64,000 bases of DNA, from positions 416,001-480,000 of the forward strand of contig CBDCRW010000007.1 in NCBI GenBank assembly GCA_965221125.1. Reading direction: 5' to 3'. The notes under the pieces are model-generated. The model saw nothing but the letters and a program-made list of their open reading frames with translations, did no database searches and was not told the DNA's origin. This document shows, in pieces, positions 9,219 to 17,843 of the stretch. A program made the translations under genes and the position numbers. Source of the stretch: Alphaproteobacteria bacterium. GTDB taxonomy: Bacteria > Pseudomonadota > Alphaproteobacteria > UBA828. The first letter of the stretch is position 1; each line of letters begins with the position of its first letter.

Positions 9219-10831
9219 CCCGAATTATTCATGGCAGGTCTGGTTTTGGGGTGGCGGACGTAGCGTAAGTCGTTGCCATCGGGTAGGAATTCGTTGCCGA
9301 GGCGTCTTCCTCTCCGAACAACGAAAATGCCACGCCCGCCATGACCGACGATAGTCTTCTTCCCTTCGATCTGCCAAGCGTCCAACGCAAGAAGGTGAGC
9401 GCCGCCTTCGACGGCGGCCTGATCTCGTCTGACGGCGGCCTCGTCCTGCTTCGTGAGGCGGAACGCAGCTTGCGCCTGGCCGAGACCCTGGCCGGCTGCA
9501 TCCGCGACCGGCGCAAGCAGGCGCAGGTGATCCACTCGCTCTCGGCCATGCTGCGCTTCCGCATGTTCGCCATTGCGTGTGGCTACGAAGATGCCGACGA
9601 CTGCGACGCGCTGCGCGCGGACCCTCTGTTCAAGCTGGCCTCAGGCAAGGCGCCGGAGAGCGGCCGCGCACTCTGCTCCCAGCCGACCATGAGCCGCCTG
9701 GAGAACGCGCCGTCTCGTATCGAGGTGGCGCGCATGACGGCGGCGCTGGTCGATCTCTTCTGCCGCAGCTTCCAAGCCCCTCCCGCCGCCATAACCCTTG
9801 ACATCGACGACACCTGCGATGCGGTGCACGGCCACCAGCAGCTCTCGCTCTTCAACGCTCATTACGACACGCGCTGCTTCCTGCCCGTCCACGTCTACCA
9901 TGTGGAAAGCGGCAAGCCGGTGGCGGTCCTCCTGCGCCCGGGCAAGACGCCGTCGGGCCCTGAGGTCCGCACCCTCATCAAGCATCTGGTCCGCCGCATC
10001 CGCCGCCACTGGCCGCACACCCGGATCGTCTTCCGCGGAGACAGCCACTACGGCCGCCCGGAAGCCATGGCCTGGTGCGAGGAGAACGGGGTCGACTACA
10101 TCTTCGGCCTCGCGGGCAACCGCGCGCTGCACGCGCTCGCATACGAGATGGCCGACGATCTCAAGGTGCGCCGCGCCAAGGCCGGCGCAGACAGGATGCG
10201 CAGCTTCACCGCCTTCGACTACGCCGCCCGCTCCTGGAGCTGCGAACGCCGGGTCGTCGCCCGGCTCGAGGCGAGCACCCGCGGCTTCGATGCCCGCTAT
10301 GTCGTCACCTCACTCAAGGGCGAGCCCCGCCATCTCTACGAAGACATCTACTGCGCCCGCGGCCAGGCCGAGAACCTGATCAAGATGCACAAGGGCCAGC
10401 TCGCCTCGGACCGCACCTCCTGCCAGAGCCCGCTCGCCAATCAGCTCAGGCTGGTCCTCCACACCGCAGCCTACTGGCTCATGCTCGCGCTGCGCGACGC
10501 CATTCCCCGCGCCGCGCCGCTCGCCCGTGCAGAGTTTGCAACCCTCAGGCTGCGCCTCCTCAAGATCGGTGCCCGCGTCATCGAGAAGGCCACCCGCATC
10601 CGCATCCACTTCGCCTCGGCCTGCCCCGACGCCGCCCTCTTCCGCCTGCTCGCAGGCCGCCTCGCCGCAGCAGGCCCATGAGCGACGGGGCGGCGTGCCC
10701 CAATCACCCAGGCTCCATAAACCATCAACCCGATAACGACCATCCTCAGTTCCCGACGCCAAACCGCGTCAGGCCCCGACGCGCCCAATCAACCGAGCAT
10801 CAAGTGCAAGGCAGTCCATGAATAGGTCGGG
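9219..10831 (+). mobile_element. IS1380 family insertion sequence, copy 1 (1613 bp)
   Basis: Imperfect IRs CCCGAATTATTCATGG / CCATGAATAGGTCGGG; CTAG duplicated at 9215-9218 and 10832-10835. Confidence 0.95.
9341..10681 (+). CDS. IS1380 family transposase
   Basis: FDGGLISSDGG, GYEDADD, TLDIDDT, FRGDS, YCARGQAENLIK. Confidence 0.95.
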   Translation: MTDDSLLPFDLPSVQRKKVSAAFDGGLISSDGGLVLLREAERSLRLAETLAGCIRDRRKQAQVIHSLSAMLRFRMFAIACGYEDADDCDALRADPLFKLASGKAPESGRALCSQPTMSRLENAPSRIEVARMTAALVDLFCRSFQAPPAAITLDIDDTCDAVHGHQQLSLFNAHYDTRCFLPVHVYHVESGKPVAVLLRPGKTPSGPEVRTLIKHLVRRIRRHWPHTRIVFRGDSHYGRPEAMAWCEENGVDYIFGLAGNRALHALAYEMADDLKVRRAKAGADRMRSFTAFDYAARSWSCERRVVARLEASTRGFDARYVVTSLKGEPRHLYEDIYCARGQAENLIKMHKGQLASDRTSCQSPLANQLRLVLHTAAYWLMLALRDAIPRAAPLARAEFATLRLRLLKIGARVIEKATRIRIHFASACPDAALFRLLAGRLAAAGP

Positions 10832-11358
10832 CTAGCCGAGCGGGAAGCCTCGCTCGCGGTGCGGGAGGAAGCGCTGCTGGCGCGGGAGGCAGCCGCCGCG
10901 GCAGACGACCGCCGCCGGGCGGCGGAGGCCGCGATTGCGCCGCATGTGGAAGCGGGGCGCATCCTGCCTGCGGAGCGGCCCGCGCTCGTCGCCCTGTTCA
11001 CCGCACTCGACGGCGAGGGGAGACGGGATGACGAGGGCGCCGACGATGGCTGCGTCACGGTCTCGTTCGCGTCCGCATCGGGCGACGAGGTGCAGATGCG
11101 GCCCGCCGCCATTCTCGAACGGTTCATCGAGGGCCTGCCCAGGCGTGTCGACTACCGCACGCTCGCGGGCGGCCCGGTGCCAGGCGCATCGGCCCTCACG
11201 GGCTCTCACGAAGGTACGGGCGAGGACAGCGAACGGATCGCTGCCGAGGCCCGCACGCTGATGGCGGCGGAGGCGGAGAGGGGCGTCACCCTCACGCCCG
11301 CCGAAGCCGTCGACCGGGCGCGCGCGAGGCGCGGACTCGGCATCCAAGGAGGAACGCA

Positions 11359-11715
11359 ATGAGTCATGTGTTGATGTGGCGAGCGGCGGACGCCGGCGGT
11401 GCCGTCGCCTCGCACCGGATCGTCAAGTACGGCGATGCGGACGGCAAGGTGGTGCAGTCCGCCGCTGCCGAGGACGCCCACGTCGGGGTCTCCGGTCGGG
11501 CGTCGGCCGCCTCAGGCGGGCGCGTCGAGATCGCCCGCGCCGGCATCGCCGACGTCCAGTACGGCGGCAACGTCGCGCGGGGCGCGCTGCTCACCGCCGA
11601 TGCCGACGGCAAGGCGGTGGCCGCCGCCGACGGCAATCGCGTCATTGGCATCGCCGAGGTTTCCGGCGCCGCCGGGGACATCGGCCAGGTGCTGCTGGCG
11701 CCCGGCCTCCACTGA
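11359..11715 (+). CDS. Capsid decoration/cement protein (DUF2190-like)
   Basis: Small Gly/Ala-rich protein (GGNVARGALLTADADGKAV, AAGDIGQVLL) between scaffold and capsid genes. Confidence 0.75.
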   Translation: MSHVLMWRAADAGGAVASHRIVKYGDADGKVVQSAAAEDAHVGVSGRASAASGGRVEIARAGIADVQYGGNVARGALLTADADGKAVAAADGNRVIGIAEVSGAAGDIGQVLLAPGLH

Positions 11716-11725
11716 GGGAATCACC

Positions 11726-12700
11726 ATGGATCACGAAACCGCTCAGCTCGCTTCCGGCCCCTACGAGGTCCAGACCCGGCTCACGCAGATCGCGCAGGCG
11801 GCGATGCCCTCCGGCCTGATCGCCGACGAGGTCTGCCCGCGCGTCCGCACCGGGTTCAAGTTCACCTACACGACGCTCACCGAAGAGGACCTGCTCACCA
11901 TCCCGGACGTCCGCGCCTCCCGCGCGGGCCACCTCAACCAGGTCGAGTTCGGCGCCACGGATACCACGGCAAGCGTCGTGGATTACGGCCTCGAAGACCC
12001 CGTCCCCTCACGCGACATCGAAGAGGCGCGCGCCCAGGAGGTCGCCTACGACCCCCTGGAGCAGGCGGCGATCTCGACCGCCGAGTTGGTGAAGCTCGCG
12101 CGCGAGCGGCGTGTCGCCGACCTGGTGACGACTGCGGCCAACTACGCGGCCGGCCATTCCACGACGCTCAACGGCAACGCGCGGTGGAGCCACGCCAGCT
12201 CGAATCCCCGCAAGGCGATCCTGGAGGCCCTCGACGTGCCGCTGGTGCGCCCCAACACGCTGGTGTTCGGCCAGAAGGTGTGGACCGCCCTGCGCCAGCA
12301 CCCGAAGATCGTGGAGGCTGTGGTCGCCACCGGCGCCGGCGACGAAGCCTCCGGCATCGTCATGAAGGAGGCGGTCGCCGAGCTCTTCGAGGTCGACCGC
12401 GTGCTGGTGGGCAAGGCCTGGTACCAGAGCGCCAAGCGCGGCCAGGCCGACTCCTTCGCGCGCCTCTGGGGCAAGCACGCGTGCGCCATCCACGTGCGCC
12501 ACGACATGGTGTCCGCCCGCGACCGCATGCCCAAGTTCTGCTGGACCGCCGATGCGCTGGGCGGGCTGCAGGTCGGCACCTATGAGGAGCCGGCGCGCGG
12601 CGTCAATCGGGGCTCCACGGTCGTCAAGGTCAGCGAATGCGTCAAGGAGCTGGTGGCCTATGGCCGTGCCGGCTACCTCTGGCGCGACGCGGTGGCCTGA
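11726..12700 (+). CDS. Major capsid protein (HK97-fold, capsid E-like)
   Basis: LIADEVCPRV, LARERRVADLV, RPNTLVFGQKVWTALRQHP, AGYLWRDAVA; position after protease and decoration genes. Confidence 0.85.
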   Translation: MDHETAQLASGPYEVQTRLTQIAQAAMPSGLIADEVCPRVRTGFKFTYTTLTEEDLLTIPDVRASRAGHLNQVEFGATDTTASVVDYGLEDPVPSRDIEEARAQEVAYDPLEQAAISTAELVKLARERRVADLVTTAANYAAGHSTTLNGNARWSHASSNPRKAILEALDVPLVRPNTLVFGQKVWTALRQHPKIVEAVVATGAGDEASGIVMKEAVAELFEVDRVLVGKAWYQSAKRGQADSFARLWGKHACAIHVRHDMVSARDRMPKFCWTADALGGLQVGTYEEPARGVNRGSTVVKVSECVKELVAYGRAGYLWRDAVA

Positions 12701-12703
12701 GCC

Positions 12704-13684
12704 ATGGCCGCATCCCCTCCTGATCCACTCTGCGGCCTCGGCTATTCGCCGGCAGACCCGCGCCAGTCGCCCGCCGAGGGCGCGGTCTGCCGGCACGCCG
12801 AGCGCCTGCTCAACATGGTCCACGCCTATTGCGAGATCCGGGACTCGTGGACCGGGTGGCTGCGCTCCGGTGCCATGAGCCGGACGCTGTTCGAGCGGAT
12901 CATCCCGGAGATGCGCGACCTCCAGGCCGCCGAGCGGCGCATCGTGGAGCGGCCGTCGGTAACGCTGCTGGCGGTGCTCGACTACGCCGCACGCGCGCGG
13001 CAGGCGGTGCGGGCGTACACGCCGCGCGAGGGCATCGACCATCCGCAGCCGGCGCTGCCGGACGGGGTGCGCGATGCCTGCGAGCGGATGGCGAGGGAGG
13101 CAGACCAGGCCGACCGTGCCGCCCGCCGCGCGGCCGCGCGCGAATACGCGGCGCGCATGGCCGACGCCATCGAGCGCGAGCGTGAGGAGGAAGCTCGCCG
13201 CCGGAAAGCGATGGTCGGGGCCGGCGTGACCGAGACGCCGGACGAGGCCAGGCGGGCGAGCGCCGCCGTGGAGGCTCGCATCGCGCTCTATGAGAGTGAA
13301 ATCCGGCGTGTCTACGCGAAAGCCGGTCTCGGCCCGGACGGCAAGGCCGAAGCCGCCGAAGCGCCGGCCGAGCCGCCGCCCGCTGCGACCGGAGTCGCCG
13401 TCCACTGGCACGTCCGCACGCGCCGGTGGGGCAGGACGATCCTGACACCCACGGCGGAAACCGCGCCCCGCTTCGCGGAGCGGCTGCTGCTGGTCGACCG
13501 GGGCAAGCGCGGCGGTGTGCTGCGCGCGTTCGGCGAGCCAGCGCTCGACGGTCTGCGCCAGACGATCAACGGCGTCGCCTTCCGCCTGAGCCACCGGCCG
13601 ACTGTCGCCGCGCGCCTTCGGCGCGACGCAGCTCGCTACGACGCGCGGCTCACGCCCGCGCAGGTCCGGGAGATGCGCACATGA
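12704..13684 (+). CDS. Hypothetical 326-aa protein within the head module
   Basis: Long ORF coupled to the next gene by an ATGA overlap; helical charged middle region; no recognised family. Confidence 0.65.
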   Translation: MAASPPDPLCGLGYSPADPRQSPAEGAVCRHAERLLNMVHAYCEIRDSWTGWLRSGAMSRTLFERIIPEMRDLQAAERRIVERPSVTLLAVLDYAARARQAVRAYTPREGIDHPQPALPDGVRDACERMAREADQADRAARRAAAREYAARMADAIEREREEEARRRKAMVGAGVTETPDEARRASAAVEARIALYESEIRRVYAKAGLGPDGKAEAAEAPAEPPPAATGVAVHWHVRTRRWGRTILTPTAETAPRFAERLLLVDRGKRGGVLRAFGEPALDGLRQTINGVAFRLSHRPTVAARLRRDAARYDARLTPAQVREMRT

Positions 13685-14082
13685 CCTACGCGACCCGCGC
13701 GGATCTCGATGCGCGCTTCGGCGCGGAAGAGGCGCTGGACCTCGCCGGGATGCAGGCCGGGCGGATCGAGTCCGCGCTCTCCGACGCGGCGGCCGAGATC
13801 GATGCGGCGCTCGCCGCTGCCTATCGCCTGCCGCTCGCGGGCGGCCCCTGGCCGCGGCTTATTGGCATCGCCTGCGACCTGGCCCGGCGTGCGCTCTACG
13901 ACGACGTCTCGTCAGCCGAAGTCGATGCGCGGGCCGAGCGGGCGCGTGCGGCGCTCGCCCGCCTCGCCGCCGGTGAGGAAGCGCTCCTCGACGACTCGGG
14001 CCGCCCGGCACCCCGACGCGACAGCGCCACGCGCGGCGGCTCGGCGCCCGCGCTCACGCCCGACAGCCTGGCGGGGTTGTGA
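13681..14082 (+). CDS. Mu gp36-like head-tail adaptor (DUF1320)
   Basis: MTYATRADLDARFG, ALSDAAAEID...YRLPL, IACDLARRALY. Confidence 0.85.
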   Translation: MTYATRADLDARFGAEEALDLAGMQAGRIESALSDAAAEIDAALAAAYRLPLAGGPWPRLIGIACDLARRALYDDVSSAEVDARAERARAALARLAAGEEALLDDSGRPAPRRDSATRGGSAPALTPDSLAGL

Positions 14083-14531
14083 TGGCAGGGCAGGGGAGCA
14101 GCGTCGTGGTGGAGATCGCCCCGCGCGACGGATCGCTCGCACGACTGGCAGAGGTGCTTTCGCACCCCGGCGACATCATGGACCGGATCGGCCACTACCT
14201 GGTCGCGTCAACGCACCGGCGCTTCGAGCGCGAGCGCGCACCGGACGGCACGCCCTGGCTCAAGAGCGCCCGCGCCATTGCCGAGGGCGGTCAGACTCTC
14301 ACGAATACAGGCCGCCTGCGCGGCTCGATCGTGCACACGCTCACCGACGGCGGACGAGGCGTCGAAGTAGGGACGAACGTCGTCTACGCCGCCATTCACC
14401 AGTTCAGCGGCCGTGCCGGGAGAGGGCGGAGGACGAAGATTCCCGCGCGCCCCTACCTCGGCGTCGACGAGCACGACCGCGACACGATCCTTCGCATCGT
14501 CGCCCAGGCCATCGAAAGGGCAGGGGCATGA
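14079..14531 (+). CDS. Phage virion morphogenesis protein (Mu gpG-like)
   Basis: RFERERAPDGTPW, LTNTGRLRGS, VGTNVVYAAIHQF, IPARPYLG. Confidence 0.9.
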   Translation: MMAGQGSSVVVEIAPRDGSLARLAEVLSHPGDIMDRIGHYLVASTHRRFERERAPDGTPWLKSARAIAEGGQTLTNTGRLRGSIVHTLTDGGRGVEVGTNVVYAAIHQFSGRAGRGRRTKIPARPYLGVDEHDRDTILRIVAQAIERAGA

Positions 14532-15004
14532 CTCTCGCGGCGCTGGAAATGCACCTCGCCGACGCAGTGGCGGAACGGCTCGCGGCGCTCAAGGCCGACG
14601 ACGACGCGCCGGTCTTTGCGGCCGTTCTCAGCGCGCTCGATACGGCGGCGCTCACGGCCTGGCCCAAGACGCCGGCCGCCCTGGTGCTGCCGATCTCAGA
14701 CGAAGCGGAGGGCAGCACGACGCGGCGCGTCGAGAACGCGCCGGTGCAGCACGTCGTGCGCGTCGGCGTCTCGATGATGGTCGCGGCGCCCAACGACCGC
14801 GGCGGCGTGCGCGGGCGCGAGCGACTCTCCGCCCTGCTCGCCCGCGCCCGGCAGGCGCTTGCGGGCTGGGCGCCGCCCGGCCAGCGCGAGGTCCTGTCCT
14901 TCCGCCGCGGGCGGCTGATCTCGCTGGAGGACGGGCGCCTTCAGTGGCTTGACGAGTACGAAATCCGCCGCGTCGCCCGTGCCGGCGTCGTGGAAGCTGA
15001 ATAG
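14528..15004 (+). CDS. Putative tail terminator/neck protein (Gp37-like)
   Basis: Position before tail tube; ARQALAGWAP motif; ATGA overlap. Confidence 0.6.
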   Translation: MTLAALEMHLADAVAERLAALKADDDAPVFAAVLSALDTAALTAWPKTPAALVLPISDEAEGSTTRRVENAPVQHVVRVGVSMMVAAPNDRGGVRGRERLSALLARARQALAGWAPPGQREVLSFRRGRLISLEDGRLQWLDEYEIRRVARAGVVEAE

Positions 15005-15016
15005 GGAGACACGCGA

Positions 15017-15907
15017 ATGACCGCGCGAAGCATCGACAAGCGCACCGACAACATCCTCATCGGCGCCGGCGAGGTCTATCTCGACATCCACGAGGGAGGC
15101 GCTGCCACGGGCGAGCGCTACCTCGGCGATGCCGTGGGCGCCGAGCTGGAGGTGGCGGCCGAGGAAACCACGGTCTTCTCGGGCTCGGGCCCCGTCGCGC
15201 GCGAGCTCACGCGCATCGCCCGCAGCGTGACGCGGACGGCGCGGCTCACGCTCCACGACATCAGCCTGGAGAACCTGGCGCTCTTCACGGTAGGCGACGT
15301 GAAGCGGCTCGGCGCCGCCGGCGCTGTCTCGGGCGAGGCGGCCATCCTGCGGCCCGGCCGCTGGTACCAGCTGGGAGGGGCCGACCGGCCCGCCGGCGTG
15401 CTCAGGCTCGCGACGCCAGCCAGCAAGGCCGCGGCCATCGCCGCCGTGACCGTCGCCTCCACAGCGCAGACGCCGGTGACGGCGACGCAAGCGATCGAGG
15501 CCAACCGCTTCGCCACGGGCAACGCCGAGGCCGAGCAGAAGGGCCAGTACATCGTGGACTATGCCCGCGCCCGGATATTCTGGTTGCCCGCCGACCACGC
15601 GCTCTACGAGGCCAAGGCCGGTGTCGAGGCGGATACCGCTCTCGCCATCGACTACACGCCCGACGATGCGGCGCGGGACCAGGTGCAGGGCGCGTTCCGG
15701 CAATTGATCGGCGCCTTCCGCTATATCGAGGACGCCGCCGAGGGCCAGGGGCGGAACATCTATGCGCCGCGCTGTTCGATCCAGCCGGCCGGCGGGCTGA
15801 CCCTGCTCGACGGGCGCTCGTCCGAGCAGCAGATCCGCCTCGCCGTCTCGATGCTGGAGCCAGGCGGCGGCCGGCCTGCGCTCTATATCGACGGGCAGGC
15901 CGCATGA
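15017..15907 (+). CDS. Major tail tube protein (non-contractile)
   Basis: ILIGAGEVYLD, ERYLGDA, LHDISLENLALF, PALYIDG; no sheath gene present. Confidence 0.75.
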   Translation: MTARSIDKRTDNILIGAGEVYLDIHEGGAATGERYLGDAVGAELEVAAEETTVFSGSGPVARELTRIARSVTRTARLTLHDISLENLALFTVGDVKRLGAAGAVSGEAAILRPGRWYQLGGADRPAGVLRLATPASKAAAIAAVTVASTAQTPVTATQAIEANRFATGNAEAEQKGQYIVDYARARIFWLPADHALYEAKAGVEADTALAIDYTPDDAARDQVQGAFRQLIGAFRYIEDAAEGQGRNIYAPRCSIQPAGGLTLLDGRSSEQQIRLAVSMLEPGGGRPALYIDGQAA

Positions 15908-16447
15908 AGGCCGTGCACGAGCTGGCGGTGCTGTTCCCGGACCGCGACGTAGCGGTGCGGGATCCCGACACCGGCGCCGAGGTCTCGCTCACGGTGCGGG
16001 AGTTCCGCTTCCGCGAAGGGCTGCGACGGCGCTGGGGCGGCCCTTGATCGCGGCCCTGGCGGCGCTGGTGCCGGAGACGGGCAGCAGCGCGAACGACCAG
16101 GAGGATGAACCGGACGCGCTTACGATCGAGAGCGCGCTCGCCGCCCATGCGGCGCTCTGGCTGGAACTCACCGCCCGCGCCTGCGGCCGGGATGCGGACT
16201 GGCTCGCGCGCCTCGGCGATGCGGACGGCCGCGCGCTCTCGGAGGCGATGTGGGCGGCGAACGGAGGATTTTTTTTGCGCCGCGTCGTGGCCCAGGTGGC
16301 GAGCCGGGCGCGGGGAGCGAACCCGTTGCGCTCTCCCGCGTGCTCGACACCCTCGTCCGCGCCGGCCACGGGCGCGGCCACCTCGACCTCGGCGAGCGCC
16401 TGACGTGGCGGCAGATCGTCCTCTTCTACCGAACGGCGACGGAATGA
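15904..16447 (+). CDS. Tail assembly chaperone G/GT pair (DUF6631-like), with programmed -1 site and an extra frameshift near 16020
   Basis: MKAVHELAVLFPDR...TVREFRFREGL continues in another frame to MWAANGGFFLRRV. T8 run at 16269-16276 leads to a -1 frame reading LVRAGH...LTWRQIVLFY. Confidence 0.7.
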
Positions 16448-16471
16448 CCGGCTGGCGGTCGAAGGAGATGG

Positions 16472-16581
16472 TGCATCGGGAGCGCCGGGCCGTAGGCCCG
16501 GACGGCGCGGACGCGCCGCGCGCCGCACGGCGCGAGAGCCAAGCGAGCGGAGCGAGCGCCCGGCGACTGAGGGAACCAAAA
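16472..16581 (+). repeat. ~105-bp GC-rich palindromic repeat, copy 1
   Basis: Core CAAGCGAGCGGAGCGAGCGCCCGGCGACTGAGGGAA shared with 17369-17474 and 17847-17952. Confidence 0.85.
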
Positions 16582-16582
16582 T

Positions 16583-17362
16583 ATGCCAAGTGATCTCGAT
16601 CTCGCGGTGCGCGTTCGTGCCGACATGCGCGAGGCGCTGCAGGGAATCGGCGCGCTCAACCGCTCCCTCGGGGATACCGCGCGGCGGAGCGGCGAGGCGG
16701 ACGCGGCGCTTGCGGGCGCAACCGGCGCGGCGCGGGAACTCTCGGCGACGTTCGGGCGGGCGCCGGGTCCCGAGGCGGACGCAGCCTGGATCGACGCGAT
16801 GCAGACATCGCTGAGCGCTCTCGGCCGCGAGAGCGAGCGCACGCTTGATGGAACCCGATCTGCGGCGGAGACCGCCTTCGACGCCATGGAGGGGGCGCTC
16901 ACCCGGTTCGTGACCACGGGCAGGCTCGATTTTTCCGGCTTCGTCGATTCCGTGATCGCCGATCTCGCCCGCCTGGCGACACGCCGCTTCTTCGCCCAGC
17001 CCCTGAGCGACCTGCTGTTCGGCGTGCTCGGCGGCGGCGCGGCGGCTGCCTCTGCCCCGATCTTCCACGCCGGCGGCACGATCGGCGCGCTGGGCGGCGT
17101 CAGGCGGGACGCCGGGCTCCGCGCCGATGAGGTGCCGGTGATCGCGCAACGCGGCGAGACGATCCTGCCGCGCGGCGCGCGGATCGCTCCGCCTTCCGTG
17201 CACGTCAACTTCGAGAACCGCGGCACGCCGCAGCGCGAGGTGAGCCGCGAGGTGCGCTTCGATGCCCGCGGCGTCGTTGTCTCAATCGTTACCGACGATC
17301 TCCGGCGGGGCGGCCCCATTCGTCAGACCATGCAGCGCGAACTCGGCGGAGGCACGCGATGA
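16583..17362 (+). CDS. Very short tape measure protein (259 aa) with lambda-type C-terminal region
   Basis: DLDLAVRVRAD N-terminus, AFDAMEGALTRFVTTGRLDFSGFVDSVIADLAR, FHAGG...DEVPVIAQRGE. Confidence 0.85.
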   Translation: MPSDLDLAVRVRADMREALQGIGALNRSLGDTARRSGEADAALAGATGAARELSATFGRAPGPEADAAWIDAMQTSLSALGRESERTLDGTRSAAETAFDAMEGALTRFVTTGRLDFSGFVDSVIADLARLATRRFFAQPLSDLLFGVLGGGAAAASAPIFHAGGTIGALGGVRRDAGLRADEVPVIAQRGETILPRGARIAPPSVHVNFENRGTPQREVSREVRFDARGVVVSIVTDDLRRGGPIRQTMQRELGGGTR

Positions 17363-17368
17363 TCCGGG

Positions 17369-17474
17369 TGAAGGGCCGGGGCGCGAAGCGGCCCGGAGCG
17401 CGCGACCGCGCGCCGCGCGAAGCGCGTAGGCAAGCGAGCGGAGCGAGCGCCCGCCGATTGAGGGAAACGAACAA
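17369..17474 (+). repeat. ~105-bp palindromic repeat, copy 2
   Basis: CAAGCGAGCGGAGCGAGCGCCCGCCGATTGAGGGAA core. Confidence 0.85.
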
Positions 17475-17843
17475 GTGACGGGCCTCGTCTGGCCCGACTA
17501 CGCGGCGGTCGAGGCGGACGGCTACGCCGTCAGCGACGACACCAACGTGGAACGCACGCCCTTCGACGACGGCTTGATCCGCCAGGTGCGGCGCCATGCA
17601 AGCGCGCTGACGGCGCTCTCGATCACCGCCTTGCTCGCGAACGACGCCGACTATCGGCGCTTTCGCGCCTGGGCGGCGGAGAACGCGCATCGCTGGTTCG
17701 CATGGGCGGCACCGGAGTCCGGCACCGTGCATCAGGTGCGCGTGCGCGGCGGCGCCGGCGGAATCGAATACACGGCGCGCATCGGCCCGGACGGCCGGCG
17801 CTCGTGGGAGGCGATCCTCGATCTCGAGGGCGTCGGACTTTGA
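17475..17843 (+). CDS. Distal tail (Dit)-like protein
   Basis: WPD...VERTPFDDGLIRQVRR, FRAW...WFAW; directly after the tape measure gene. Confidence 0.65.
   Translation: MTGLVWPDYAAVEADGYAVSDDTNVERTPFDDGLIRQVRRHASALTALSITALLANDADYRRFRAWAAENAHRWFAWAAPESGTVHQVRVRGGAGGIEYTARIGPDGRRSWEAILDLEGVGL

Larger units (their letters stand above)
8633..11362 (+). pseudogene. Mu gpI-like prohead protease/scaffold interrupted by IS1380
   Basis: WIDICRAGTW, VIGHPETDAPAFAW, LRHVGFLGGRAPAVPGL. Removing the IS and one CTAG restores ...ERVAL-AEREASLAVREE... in frame. Confidence 0.85.

Noticed and set aside
11726-12700. Encapsulin nanocompartment
   Set aside because: Capsid is accompanied by protease, neck and full tail genes, which encapsulin loci lack
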